Shown here: in pieces, positions 27,432-37,240 of the stretch
Position numbering within the stretch: the stretch's first letter is position 1
Layout of the letters: each line of letters begins with the position of its first letter
IMG/VR virus record: IMGVR_UViG_3300021178_000002
Coordinates: 3,830 to 67,829 of that record
DNA from: a virus
DNA: 64,000 nt
Direction: 5' to 3' (one strand)
Notes under the pieces: model-generated
Database searches by the model: none
The model's input: only the letters and a program-made list of their open reading frames with translations
What the model was told of the DNA's origin: nothing
Translations under genes and position numbers: made by a program

Positions 27432-28702
27432 TGCTCACTGCGAACACCGCCTTTCTCAACACACTGCGCTGGGGCTCGTACCTGGTGCTGGCACAGCTGC
27501 AGATCTACTACAAGGGACAGGCTTCAAACATCTACCTGCCTGTCTCGACCGCCGATTTCACAATCGATCGCAACTCCGAACAGAGGCGTTCCGGACAGCT
27601 CACCGTTGAAGTGCTACCAACGATTCCTCCTCAGACAGTGTCCCTGGATGGAAGCACGCAGGTGCCTATCCTGCCACTGACGCCGACTTCGGCTCTGGCT
27701 CCTTTCGCGCAGCAGATTGGCGTCTCTCTTCAGGTCGTTGCTGAAGGTGGAGTGATCGACCCCACACAGTGGATCCCGATGGGGATCTTTGCCATTGCCG
27801 AGAGCACGATTGATGACACCACAACCGACGTGGTAGTTACCCTCAAGCTGTTCGATCGCTCATGGGTTCTCGCCAACTGGAAGCTGGCTTCGGCCTACAC
27901 GGTGCCTGCTGCCGGCGGGTCTCTGGGCACAGAGATTCAGACGCTGATCAACCACGTCTGGACGACCCAGGGTCCAGGAACTCCAGCTACTCCACCTTGG
28001 ACGTACAGCATCGGTAACCCTACTGGCTACTCAGTGCCGGCTGGCACATACAACCAGGGCCAGGATCCTTGGCAGGCCTGCCTTGACATGGCCGCCTCAG
28101 CCGGGTACGAGTTGTTCTTCGACGTCAACGGCAACGTAGTCGGTCAGCCCACGCCTGGTTCTCCAGCTCGAGGTACGTTGAACTCGCTTCCGACGGTCTG
28201 GGGCTTCGATACGAACACACTGTCAGTTCAAGGGACGGAGAGCCACTCTCCTGGCGGAACCCCATTCACCACTCCGGTCGGAATGGTGATGCAGATTCTT
28301 CGCGATGGAATCTTCAACGACTTCTGGGTCTCTGCGGTGGGCTCGAACAACTTCAGCGCTCTAAGTCAGCAGCGTGCGGCTGACACCAACACCTTGTCTC
28401 CGACGTACTACCAAGGCGTGATGGGCGACAACCCGAGCTTCATCTACGACTCTCTGATCACCACTGCGGCTCAGGCACTGGCCGAAGCTCAGTACAACCT
28501 AGGCGTCTCACTCTCCAAGGTCTGGCAGATCTCGGTCGACGCCCCTCCCAACCCGCTGTTCGACATCGACGACGTTTTCACAGTGACCAACCCGCGGCTG
28601 GCTCTCAGTGCCCAGAAGGTGATCGTGGACACCATCCACACTTCTATCCGCTACGACGCATTGACTACCCTCAGCGGGCGCGTAATCGTTCCAGGAGCCT
28701 GA
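27431..28702 (+). CDS. minor tail/baseplate hub protein (DUF5047-like)
   Basis: TIDRNSEQRRSG, WIPMGIF, ELFFDVNG, PNPLFDIDD. Confidence 0.7.
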   Translation: MLTANTAFLNTLRWGSYLVLAQLQIYYKGQASNIYLPVSTADFTIDRNSEQRRSGQLTVEVLPTIPPQTVSLDGSTQVPILPLTPTSALAPFAQQIGVSLQVVAEGGVIDPTQWIPMGIFAIAESTIDDTTTDVVVTLKLFDRSWVLANWKLASAYTVPAAGGSLGTEIQTLINHVWTTQGPGTPATPPWTYSIGNPTGYSVPAGTYNQGQDPWQACLDMAASAGYELFFDVNGNVVGQPTPGSPARGTLNSLPTVWGFDTNTLSVQGTESHSPGGTPFTTPVGMVMQILRDGIFNDFWVSAVGSNNFSALSQQRAADTNTLSPTYYQGVMGDNPSFIYDSLITTAAQALAEAQYNLGVSLSKVWQISVDAPPNPLFDIDDVFTVTNPRLALSAQKVIVDTIHTSIRYDALTTLSGRVIVPGA

Positions 28703-28703
28703 G

Positions 28704-29720
28704 ATGGGTCATCGCGCAAAGATGACCCTGGCAGCTCGCCGGCTGCGCCAGAACCTGAGCGTCGACATCGGAGTCACGGGGCCCCTGCAGTGGGGAACCA
28801 TTGCTTCTGTCTCAACTGGGACTCCATCGACGGTTGGGGTTTACCTTGACAGTGCTTCCGGTCAGCCGGGGGCCGCCATCACGACCGGGATCCCGTTTCT
28901 TAATGGCTACGATCCAACCGTCGGCGATGTCGTTCTGATCATGCGTATGAGCGGAGCAGCTCGCACGCAGAGAATCGTGCTTGGGACGCTCGAGGCTGGG
29001 CTCAATGGCCAGACCTCAGGAGGCGTATTCAAGGGGACTAACTACACGGCGTCTGGCGTCGCAGGCCTTCAAAATGCTGTCGCCGGAGACTGGATTGGCA
29101 GATGGTCGACAGTTGGGGCTCCAACCTTCGTTAGCTATACCCCAGTTGCCGGAGACTGGGGGCTGGACGGCAACAAAAGCATTTGGGTGTACGACGGATC
29201 TGAATGGGTAGCATCGTCGTTGGCTAGAGGGACGAGCTTCCCTGCTAGTCCCCAAACAAACGAGCATTTCTATCGCACAGATAGTGAGTTGGAGTTTTAC
29301 TACGATGGGACGCGTTGGCTAACAGCTCAGATCTTCACCTGTACGCTGGCATCAAACTTCGCCACTACCGTCAACACCTCGTATGCGCAGGCGATCCCGG
29401 CGCTCCCTACCGGCTGCACCGACATTTACGTGGTGGACCATGTGGTGGAAAGCTTCGTGGGGGCGACCAACAACGGCCTCAACTTCTGGTCGAACAAGCT
29501 CACCAAGTACAACTCAGTCAACACCGGGACTGACATCGACACCGCGATCAGCACACCGGGCGACACGGCGAGCACATGGACGCAGCACATCTCCCATTTG
29601 AACGCGCTCCTGCTGAGCGGGACCACCTATTTCGACTGGAACGAGCAGTGGACCAAGACCGGCTCCCCGAGCCAGATCAACCCCAACAGCTACGCCACCT
29701 ACAGGTTCGTGGCGACATGA
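28704..29720 (+). CDS. minor tail protein
   Basis: N-terminal YDPTVGDVV...IVLG; FYRTD...YYDGTRW. Confidence 0.7.
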   Translation: MGHRAKMTLAARRLRQNLSVDIGVTGPLQWGTIASVSTGTPSTVGVYLDSASGQPGAAITTGIPFLNGYDPTVGDVVLIMRMSGAARTQRIVLGTLEAGLNGQTSGGVFKGTNYTASGVAGLQNAVAGDWIGRWSTVGAPTFVSYTPVAGDWGLDGNKSIWVYDGSEWVASSLARGTSFPASPQTNEHFYRTDSELEFYYDGTRWLTAQIFTCTLASNFATTVNTSYAQAIPALPTGCTDIYVVDHVVESFVGATNNGLNFWSNKLTKYNSVNTGTDIDTAISTPGDTASTWTQHISHLNALLLSGTTYFDWNEQWTKTGSPSQINPNSYATYRFVAT

Positions 29721-29802
29721 CACTCGGGATCATCAATCTGCTCAAGGTTCCCGAGGGGTACACTCTGCCGGTAGCTATGACAACCTCCTGGAGGGTTTGA
29801 CC

Positions 29803-30972
29803 ATGCGAGCGTTGATCGGCGGGATCCTCCTCTTCTTCCTTCGGCCAGCCAACGCCGCCTTCGCTCGGTGGCGGTTCAGCTCTCTCGACCGCAAGACTCA
29901 GATCCTGGTCGCCAAGCTCCTGATCGACCGCCGGCGGAGCCCATACCTGAGAGAGAAGAGGAACCGCTACCTCGTCCCGATCTTCGGGATGCCGATCGGT
30001 ACTTACGGTGAACCCAAGCTCCTGGACATGCTCTTCGGGTCCTGTGTGGCCCAGTGCAACTCCACCATCGCGGCCGGCACAGCTGCCCAGACCACCTTCA
30101 ACCTCAGGGGATCTGCCGGATCCGGTAACGCTGACGTCACCCCGGTCGCCAACGACGTCTGGCTCTTCGTCACTCCAGGCGGTACTGCAGCCACCCAGAA
30201 CCAGTACACCAACGCCGATGTCTTCCTGGCTACTGCCGGCACGGCGACCTCGATCACATTCGCCTCGAGGACTGTTGTGGCTGCACGCGCTGTGGGCGAC
30301 TTCGGATTCAAGCTCATGACGACTACGACCTTCACACAGCCCATCTTCCTCAACACGGTCTACGTCGGCCTGTCAACGGCTGGAGCGCAGACCACGGTGG
30401 CCGCCGGATCCGACCTCGCCACCCTGCCCACCGGCACCATCACCGTGGTCTCCACCGGTGTGGCCAACGGTGGAGCTGCTCTGACAGGTGGAGGCAGCTT
30501 CCCCTCCGGTGGCGGCCTGGCCCTCATCGACTCGAGCAACGGTCTCCAGTCCGTCACCTTCACCGGCGTCACTGCAACCACGCTGACCGGCTGTAGCGGT
30601 GGCACGGGCATCATCGACACCTCGAGCATCGTGCTGCTGGCTCCGACCTCTGCGGTCATCCTGGCAGCCGAGCCCACAGCGACCGGATCATACGCACGAG
30701 TCGCTCAGGTCAACAACCCGACCAACTTCCCGGCCTCGAGCGGATCTGCGCCGGCGACCAAGAACAACGGAGGGACGATCAGCTTCCCCGCTTCAACTGC
30801 TGCGTTCTCGTCCGGTGCCACTGCGATCCAGCTCTACTTCATCGCTGACATCTCGACGCTCGCCGGTGGCAACCTGCTGGCCTACGGCTACCTGACCAAC
30901 CCGCAGACCGTCAACGCGTCGGGCATTACCGTCAGCTTTGCAGCCTCAGCTCTGGTCCAGACGCTGCTCTGA
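29803..30972 (+). CDS. tail fibre-associated protein
   Basis: GGAGG RBS; VYVGLST...EPTATGSYARV...ISFP...GGNLLAYG motif chain. Confidence 0.7.
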   Translation: MRALIGGILLFFLRPANAAFARWRFSSLDRKTQILVAKLLIDRRRSPYLREKRNRYLVPIFGMPIGTYGEPKLLDMLFGSCVAQCNSTIAAGTAAQTTFNLRGSAGSGNADVTPVANDVWLFVTPGGTAATQNQYTNADVFLATAGTATSITFASRTVVAARAVGDFGFKLMTTTTFTQPIFLNTVYVGLSTAGAQTTVAAGSDLATLPTGTITVVSTGVANGGAALTGGGSFPSGGGLALIDSSNGLQSVTFTGVTATTLTGCSGGTGIIDTSSIVLLAPTSAVILAAEPTATGSYARVAQVNNPTNFPASSGSAPATKNNGGTISFPASTAAFSSGATAIQLYFIADISTLAGGNLLAYGYLTNPQTVNASGITVSFAASALVQTLL

Positions 30973-31727
30973 TGGTTACTTACGACGAGTGGCGTAGCCG
31001 GTCGTACCGAGAGGACAGTCTTGCGGCGCTCCTGCGGAGATCAAATGCCATCGAGATGGCCGATATTCGCAAGGAGTGTGCACGTCTCGGTCAGCCTATG
31101 CCGACTCGTTTTCCGGCTCACTGGGCTGGGGTAGGCCCTGGAACTAACTTCAACGGTCTGGAGACGTTGGCGTCGATGAGCATTGATGGCGCGGCTTCAA
31201 CTCCAGCGACCACGCCAGGGTCGTCCATCCTGACCCGTGAATGCCTTGAGCCAATCGCGCCTAGCTATTTCAAGCAGGCGGGCAATCGGTTCATGATGCG
31301 TGCTTATGGAACAGTCCTCGCGACGGCCACAATCCCGACATTCCAACTCGCTCTCCAGTGCGGCCCGACCTACGCTAACCCCCTGACGTCAGGCCAGATG
31401 CTCGCCCAGTTCCCGTCAGCGATCACGCCTGCTGCGGCGGTCACCCATCAGTTCTTCTTGGAATGCCTGATCACGGTGCGCGCCACCGGCTCATCGGGAT
31501 CGTTGCGAGCAGTCGGTAAGGTTCTCAATGACATCCTCACCGCCGGGACGCAGGTCTGGACGCTGTTTCAGAACACGGCGGTGGACACCGCGCCGACCGC
31601 CGTCGTGATGACTGGCGCTGGCGGCCTGTTGGTGCCGATCTACTTCGACCTCTCGGCGATCCTGGGTGCAGCCACAGCCGGCAACTCGTTCACCTGTCTC
31701 GACTACGAATTGGCGAGTCTCAACTGA
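30972..31727 (+). CDS. virion-associated beta-rich protein
   Basis: coupled ORF in the tail module. Confidence 0.65.
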   Translation: MVTYDEWRSRSYREDSLAALLRRSNAIEMADIRKECARLGQPMPTRFPAHWAGVGPGTNFNGLETLASMSIDGAASTPATTPGSSILTRECLEPIAPSYFKQAGNRFMMRAYGTVLATATIPTFQLALQCGPTYANPLTSGQMLAQFPSAITPAAAVTHQFFLECLITVRATGSSGSLRAVGKVLNDILTAGTQVWTLFQNTAVDTAPTAVVMTGAGGLLVPIYFDLSAILGAATAGNSFTCLDYELASLN

Positions 31728-31904
31728 TGTGCGACGGTATCGTCGGAACCGAGAACAGAACGAAGTAGTCGAGCGTCTTCGTCGTCTCTCTCGCGAGGAT
31801 CTGATCGCAGTATGTGATCGATTGTTCTGGGAAGTCCCGATCGAAGAATTGGTGGGCATCGTGATCCACTCGTTCGAGACCTCCAAGGCTAAGGAGTCGT
31901 CCTG

Positions 31905-32198
31905 ATGGCGACGGCCAGTCGCATCCTCTCGTCGTTCGATAATGAGGTAGGCAAGCTCAGCGTCACCTACGACGACGTGACAGGCGTCGTCTCACAGGTC
32001 GTCGTGGTGAACGGCCACCTGACCAAGCCCCTGACCTTCACCGCGCGCTTGACCTCAGACCAGTCGATCCAGTTTCAGAAAGAGACCGTCAGCATCGCCA
32101 CCGCGGTCAAGACGTTTGACGTCAGCGGGCTCGGCTGGACGATCGGCCCTCACACACCGATCTCACCTCCGCTGGACTGGGAGGTGTCGTGGGGCTAG
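31905..32198 (+). CDS. hypothetical protein
   Basis: AAGGAG RBS; 97 aa. Confidence 0.6.
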   Translation: MATASRILSSFDNEVGKLSVTYDDVTGVVSQVVVVNGHLTKPLTFTARLTSDQSIQFQKETVSIATAVKTFDVSGLGWTIGPHTPISPPLDWEVSWG

Positions 32199-34060
32199 TC
32201 CAGACCGGCACAATGCAGTCGTCGTCTACAGGCACTGTCAACGGAACGCTGCCCGGTAACTCGACACCAGGGAACACACTGATCGCCCAGGTCGTCTGCG
32301 ACTCTGGCGGATTCACCCTCACTGCTCCAACCAACTGGGTGAAGCGCAACAGCTCGAGCTTCAACCGTGACACGGCGATCTGGGAATATCCCAACTACCC
32401 GAGCGCTGCATCGTCGTTCGCCTTCGTGACGTCTTCAGGCGGGGGCATAGCGGTGACGGTCACTGAGTGGACGCCGATGACGACGGACATGTCTGCCAAC
32501 GGTTCGGCGTCCAGCGGGGCTACCATCACGGCCACCGTCGCCTCGAACAAGGCTGGCGACGTCGCCTTCACCACGTTCCTCAAGTCCGCCGCGTCAGAGA
32601 CGTTCACGCTGCCCGGTGGCGGGTGGGCCTCGCTGCTCAACATCAACGCTCTGCCTCTGTCCTCGTCGAGCGGCGAAGGTGACTACAACACTGGCCTGGC
32701 ATCGGGCACCGACAGCGAACTCCAGACCTCAAGCGGCACCACGACCACGTGGGACTGGACGATCGCCACCTACACGCCAGCCCCTACACCTCCTCCCATC
32801 TCACCACAACGTGTTCGCGCTCCGCACATGAACCGTCTCGAGATCCGGCTCACAATGCCGTACCGGTCGGGGCAACGTCTCGCGTATCCGCGGCCGCCAG
32901 CTGGGACATCGTTAGCGCTCGCTGCGGTCGACGCTCAGATCTCCTCCGCCGCCGGCACGCTGATGGCCACAGCATCATTCAGCTCCAGCTCGACCGGGTC
33001 GTCTGGACAATCGGGGAGTCTCAGTGCCGCCGCGGCCGCGGCCGCCAGCTCGACCAACCTCTCGACCGACTCCGGCCAGCTGAGTCTCAAGGACGCAGTC
33101 ACCAGCTCGAGCACAGGAGCCTCTACTTCGAGCGGGACATCGACGGTTGCAGCTGGACTCGTCAGCTCTTCTCCCTCAGGTAGTGGACAATCCGGCGGCC
33201 TTACAACATCAGCGGCCGCTCAGGCGAGTGGAGCCGCTCTCAGCCGAGACACGGGAGCAGCCTCCGCGGCTGACGCCATCTCCGGAGCTTCAGCTGGGAC
33301 AAGTACTGGCGCCGGAACAGCCTCTGAGTCAGCTGCACTCGTCGGGACGTCGAATGGAATCTCGACTGAGAGCGGGACCTTCTCTGCAGCCGGCGCAGTG
33401 CCACTGAACAGTGTCACGCCCTCCGTCTCCACCTCGAGCGGCACCCTCACCACGTCCGTTGCTCTCAACGGAACAGGAACTGGTCAGAGCGGATCGTCGG
33501 GCGGGATCTCTGCGGCGATCAACGTCTCCGGAAGCGAAGCTGGGCTAAGCACCTCCACCGGAGTGGTTTCTCTGGCGCTGGCAGTCATCGGCCGGTCGAC
33601 CGGGATCTCCGTCGAGTCGGGAACGCTGATCACAGGCAACTTCCTCTTCCTGGCCAGCGTCTCTCCATCGTTCTCAAGCACGGCCGGCACTTTCACGACC
33701 AGCAGCAGCCTGTCTGCGGCGTCTCAGGCCCAAAGCAGTCTGGTGGGCTCCATCGCATTGACTCTCGGGCTACTCGGGATCAGCCAGTCGACGACGACAT
33801 CGTCTGGGTCTCCGAGTCGCATCCTTGCTCTGGCCAGTACGTCGTTTGGAATCTCCGTCTTCACTGCGTTCAACACACCGACACCTCCGCTCTACGTCAT
33901 CGTCCAGGCCTTCTCTCGTGACGGGAAAATCCACGCCTCAGCACGGGACGGAGTCATGTCTCCGGCCAGCTCGAGGGATGGTAAGGTTCAAGCCAGTTCC
34001 CGTGATGGCAAGGCTTCCGCCTCGTCCCGGGACGGGAAAACGCCCGCAGGAGTTGATTAG
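32189..34060 (+). CDS. Ser/Gly/Ala-rich fibre-like virion protein
   Basis: N-terminal beta domain, ~20 aa S/A/G repeats, five C-terminal RDG repeats. Confidence 0.7.
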   Translation: MGLVQTGTMQSSSTGTVNGTLPGNSTPGNTLIAQVVCDSGGFTLTAPTNWVKRNSSSFNRDTAIWEYPNYPSAASSFAFVTSSGGGIAVTVTEWTPMTTDMSANGSASSGATITATVASNKAGDVAFTTFLKSAASETFTLPGGGWASLLNINALPLSSSSGEGDYNTGLASGTDSELQTSSGTTTTWDWTIATYTPAPTPPPISPQRVRAPHMNRLEIRLTMPYRSGQRLAYPRPPAGTSLALAAVDAQISSAAGTLMATASFSSSSTGSSGQSGSLSAAAAAAASSTNLSTDSGQLSLKDAVTSSSTGASTSSGTSTVAAGLVSSSPSGSGQSGGLTTSAAAQASGAALSRDTGAASAADAISGASAGTSTGAGTASESAALVGTSNGISTESGTFSAAGAVPLNSVTPSVSTSSGTLTTSVALNGTGTGQSGSSGGISAAINVSGSEAGLSTSTGVVSLALAVIGRSTGISVESGTLITGNFLFLASVSPSFSSTAGTFTTSSSLSAASQAQSSLVGSIALTLGLLGISQSTTTSSGSPSRILALASTSFGISVFTAFNTPTPPLYVIVQAFSRDGKIHASARDGVMSPASSRDGKVQASSRDGKASASSRDGKTPAGVD

Positions 34061-34377
34061 TGCCGATCTCGCCATGGGTAGTTGGACAGACACATCCGAC
34101 CTGGCAGATCCCCTGGACCAACGAGTCTGGCCCGGTAGACCTCACCGGCGCCACCGTCACGCTCTGGATCTTTACGAGAGAAGGCACGTCGGTTCAAGGT
34201 GGCGGTACTTGCCTCGTCGCCGGCAACCCAACTCAGGGCAACGTCACCTATGCTCCAGTAGCTGGAGACAGCCCCAAGGCCGGAAGCTTCTGGATCGCTC
34301 TGAAGGCGGTCTTCGGAGACGGTTCGATCCTCTGGCAACAGCCAGCCGATACGTGGACAATTACCACCATTCCATGA
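34060..34377 (+). CDS. BppU N-terminal-like baseplate protein
   Basis: PVDLTGATV...GNVTYAP...D...AG motif. Confidence 0.65.
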   Translation: MPISPWVVGQTHPTWQIPWTNESGPVDLTGATVTLWIFTREGTSVQGGGTCLVAGNPTQGNVTYAPVAGDSPKAGSFWIALKAVFGDGSILWQQPADTWTITTIP

Positions 34378-34387
34378 GGAGAAAGAG

Positions 34388-35470
34388 ATGAGCGACGATC
34401 CAACGAAACTGGGCCCAGGCGAAGAGTGGGATGCCACCAAGGACGCAACCAAGGAGGCAGCGAAGCAGGGTGTCGACATGGGTGCTGTTGAAGGCACAGG
34501 CACCGGCGGCACCGTAACGAAGGACGACGTGACCGCTCACGTTGCTGACAAGAAGGCCCAGAAGGCCAAGGCGGCTGCGAAACCGAAAGCAGCCAAGAAG
34601 GCTGCAGCGGTTGAATCTGCTCAGGCTGAGAAAGAGCAGTCAGACCTCGACAAGGCCAAGGCCGACCAGGAGAAGAAGACACAGGCAGCTCTCCTGAAGC
34701 TCGAGAGCGAGCCCATCCCAGGCCGACGTCTCGGTCGCCTCCCCACCCCGCCGGCGATGCTCAAGAAGAACCTCAAGCTGGCCAAGTACATGCCGGAGAT
34801 CCTTCCTGCGACGCCAGCTCTGCCACTGGACGTCACCGACGGCGTCCACGACTGGCCGGTGTACCTCAACGATCGCCTGGGCGACTGTGCCTGTGCCGCG
34901 CCGGCGCACATGGAGGAGATCTTCGCCGCCGACACCAGAAAGTTCCGCATCCCGACCGATGCCGACGTCCTAGCTCTGTACGAGCTGCAGGGCTACAACC
35001 CGGCCGATCCGTCGACGGACCAGGGCAGCTCGATGGGCAACGTGCTGATCGACTGGCGCACCCAGTGGTCTGCATCCGGCATCTACGCCTACTGCCAGGT
35101 CGACCAGAAGAACGAGGACCACGTCAAGCTCTCACTCTGGCTCTTCCGCGGTCTCTACATCGGCATCGCGCTGCCGCTGACGGCACAGGGACAGGCGATC
35201 TGGGACGTCATCCCGGACATGCCCGGTCGCAACGAGCCTGGGTCGTGGGGCGGCCACGCAGTCAGCGTGGTGGCCATCAACGCCGACAGCTCACGCGATG
35301 TGATCACCTGGGGCCAGCGCATCAAGATGACCAAGGCGTTCTGGGACGAGTACGTCGACGAGGTCTACGCGGTCGTCACCCAGGACTTGAAGGCCGGTGA
35401 TAAGCTGGCCGTCAACGGGTTTGACGTGGACCAGCTCGAGGCGGATATGGCCGAGATCGGCTCGGCTTAG
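34388..35470 (+). CDS. papain-like cysteine protease with N-terminal E3-binding (PSBD)-like domain
   Basis: GVDMGAVEGTGTGGTVTKDDV; NDRLGDC, GGHAV, ITWG. Confidence 0.7.
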   Translation: MSDDPTKLGPGEEWDATKDATKEAAKQGVDMGAVEGTGTGGTVTKDDVTAHVADKKAQKAKAAAKPKAAKKAAAVESAQAEKEQSDLDKAKADQEKKTQAALLKLESEPIPGRRLGRLPTPPAMLKKNLKLAKYMPEILPATPALPLDVTDGVHDWPVYLNDRLGDCACAAPAHMEEIFAADTRKFRIPTDADVLALYELQGYNPADPSTDQGSSMGNVLIDWRTQWSASGIYAYCQVDQKNEDHVKLSLWLFRGLYIGIALPLTAQGQAIWDVIPDMPGRNEPGSWGGHAVSVVAINADSSRDVITWGQRIKMTKAFWDEYVDEVYAVVTQDLKAGDKLAVNGFDVDQLEADMAEIGSA

Positions 35471-35490
35471 CGGAATAAAAGGAGGACACA

Positions 35491-35937
35491 TTGAAGCTCT
35501 CGGATATCAACGGCCAGCTCATCTCGCTCGTAACCTCGGCGGTCTCGTTGGTGATCGCCTTTCTCACCGCGTTCCACGTTCTGCACTTGACCACGGCGGA
35601 GAGCAACGCGATTCTGCCCGTGGCCATCGGAGCCGTCGGTCTTGGCGTCTACGCCTACAGCCTGATCCAGAGCTGGGCAACGGCGACCTACGACCAGGCT
35701 CGTGTGACCACGTTGATCACAGCCTTCGTCGCCGCTCTCATGGCTCTGCTATCAGCCTTCGGAGTCTTCAACTTCACCGGCGAGCAGCAGGCAACCGTGC
35801 TCGGAGTCGCCGGCGGGCTCGCCTTCATGGGTGGCATCCTCTTCAGCTACCTGCACACCGGCAAGCAGGTGGCGATGTACAAGCTCCAGCTCCAGAAGCA
35901 GGGGTATGGATCCATGGCACCTCAAAGGAGTCGTTAA
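35491..35937 (+). CDS. holin-like four-TM protein
   Basis: AAGGAGG RBS; four TM helices with a duplicated LTAFxVxxxTxxE/Q unit. Confidence 0.65.
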   Translation: MKLSDINGQLISLVTSAVSLVIAFLTAFHVLHLTTAESNAILPVAIGAVGLGVYAYSLIQSWATATYDQARVTTLITAFVAALMALLSAFGVFNFTGEQQATVLGVAGGLAFMGGILFSYLHTGKQVAMYKLQLQKQGYGSMAPQRSR

Positions 35938-36072
35938 ATGGGCTTCTTCGAAGACAACGCTGGACTGTTCTTTGCGGCCGTCCTAGTCGTCGGAGCCGTA
36001 GGAGGCTTCGTCGGCCGGAAGCTCGAGGCGTGGCTCGAGAGCTGGCGGGAGAACCGCGTCCATGGACGGTGA
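35938..36072 (+). CDS. small membrane peptide
   Basis: hand-translated 44 aa, one TM. Confidence 0.5.
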   Translation: MGFFEDNAGLFFAAVLVVGAVGGFVGRKLEAWLESWRENRVHGR

Positions 36073-36538
36073 ACCGCGTCCTCGCGGCGACGCAGAGGAA
36101 CAACCGTTCACGCTTCGCGGCCACGCATTCGCTCTCGGGGCGACCATCTTGGGTGATCCAAACTCCCCCGTCTTCCTCCCGCCCAAGCACAACTACCCCG
36201 GATCGCCAGCCAACTACTGGCTCCTCGACGAGCAGCTGATCAGCAACATGCAGATCGTGGTGACCCCCGTCGACGCCACCGTCCCTGTCTTCAAGATGCC
36301 CCACGCCGTTGTCGAAGGTGTGGTCTCCGAGGTCATCAACGAGGGCGACGGCGACCATCACATCTGGCTCACGCTTGACGGCTCGAAGTTCAAGCTGGCC
36401 TGCGAGATCGCTCCTCAGAATCCGCTCCCTCCGCCGGCCGTCAACGACCACGTCCGGATCTATGGGATCTGGCGCTACGACTTCCAGCACGGCTGGTGGG
36501 AGATTCACCCGGTCGACTTCCTCGAGCCGATCGTCTGA
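36062..36538 (+). CDS. OB-fold-like protein
   Basis: VEGVV...EGDGDHHIWL...CEI...WWEIHPV. Confidence 0.6.
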   Translation: MDGEPRPRGDAEEQPFTLRGHAFALGATILGDPNSPVFLPPKHNYPGSPANYWLLDEQLISNMQIVVTPVDATVPVFKMPHAVVEGVVSEVINEGDGDHHIWLTLDGSKFKLACEIAPQNPLPPPAVNDHVRIYGIWRYDFQHGWWEIHPVDFLEPIV

Positions 36539-36588
36539 GAAGACCCGTCTGAAGCGGGCCGGGGGCCCGTCGAGCTTTAGAAGCTGTT

Positions 36589-36625
36589 AGCCGGGGGGCT
36601 AAATTAAGCCTCCCGGCTTAATTTT
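36589..36625 (+). terminator. intrinsic terminator at the end of the virion arm
   Basis: 12 bp stem AGCCGGGGGGCT/AGCCTCCCGGCT then TAATTTT, where the two arms converge. Confidence 0.7.
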
Positions 36626-36674
36626 GGGCTCCGAGGCCCTAGGAAGCCCAAGGTGGCTCCCGCCGAATACTCTG

Positions 36675-37019
36675 TCAGACGGTTACGTGGCGGGCCGCAC
36701 GGCCAGCTGGGGCTCGCAGGCGAGGCCTTTTCGCCGCTCTGGCTACCCGGGCGCTGGAGCTGCTGGCCAGCTCGAGGAGGACGTCGTCCCAGGATCGGGC
36801 CAGATCGGATGGCTTGAGACCTGCCGGCAGAGCGCTGCGATCCTTTATCCGGAGGATCGCCAGCATCGCCTCAGCCTTGGCCAGGGGGATGACGGAGCCG
36901 CTCTCCCAGTGGCTGACGTGGGTCTGCGAGCTGCTGATGGCCAGGGCGAGGTCCATCTGGGTCAAGCCCACTTTCTGCCGGAGAACAGTGAGGGTCAGAA
37001 TGTGCTTGCGCTTTTCCAT
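36675..37019 (-). CDS. XRE-family HTH regulator
   Basis: LRQKVGLTQMDLA...QTHVSHWESG...P. Confidence 0.85.
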   Translation of the reverse strand: MEKRKHILTLTVLRQKVGLTQMDLALAISSSQTHVSHWESGSVIPLAKAEAMLAILRIKDRSALPAGLKPSDLARSWDDVLLELASSSSARVARAAKRPRLRAPAGRAARHVTV

Positions 37020-37219
37020 CAGCTGGTGGCCGAAGGCAGGGCTCCGACCTCCTCTTCGTACTCGACTGTGACCATCAGAGAGATGCCGTCCGGGGTGGTG
37101 TCGATGCGTACCTTGGCGGTGTCCGGTGCTCCATGGCCTCCGGCGTCGTCCAGGTAGTTCTGGAGATCTCCGAGGGTGGCCTTGACCTGCTCCTGTTCAA
37201 GTGTGATCTTCCGCTTCAT
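37019..37219 (-). CDS. hypothetical protein, probably leaderless
   Basis: TAAGCT 7 nt before the ATG; coupled to the HTH gene. Confidence 0.6.
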   Translation of the reverse strand: MKRKITLEQEQVKATLGDLQNYLDDAGGHGAPDTAKVRIDTTPDGISLMVTVEYEEEVGALPSATS

Positions 37220-37240
37220 GGCTGACAGCTTACCGCATTA

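Noticed and set aside
24423-34377. Diversity-generating retroelement or invertible tail-fibre cassette
   Set aside because: No reverse transcriptase, recombinase or template/variable repeat pair seen in the window
36539-37240. Integration cassette at the arm junction
   Set aside because: No tyrosine or serine recombinase and no evident attP; only a terminator and an XRE gene
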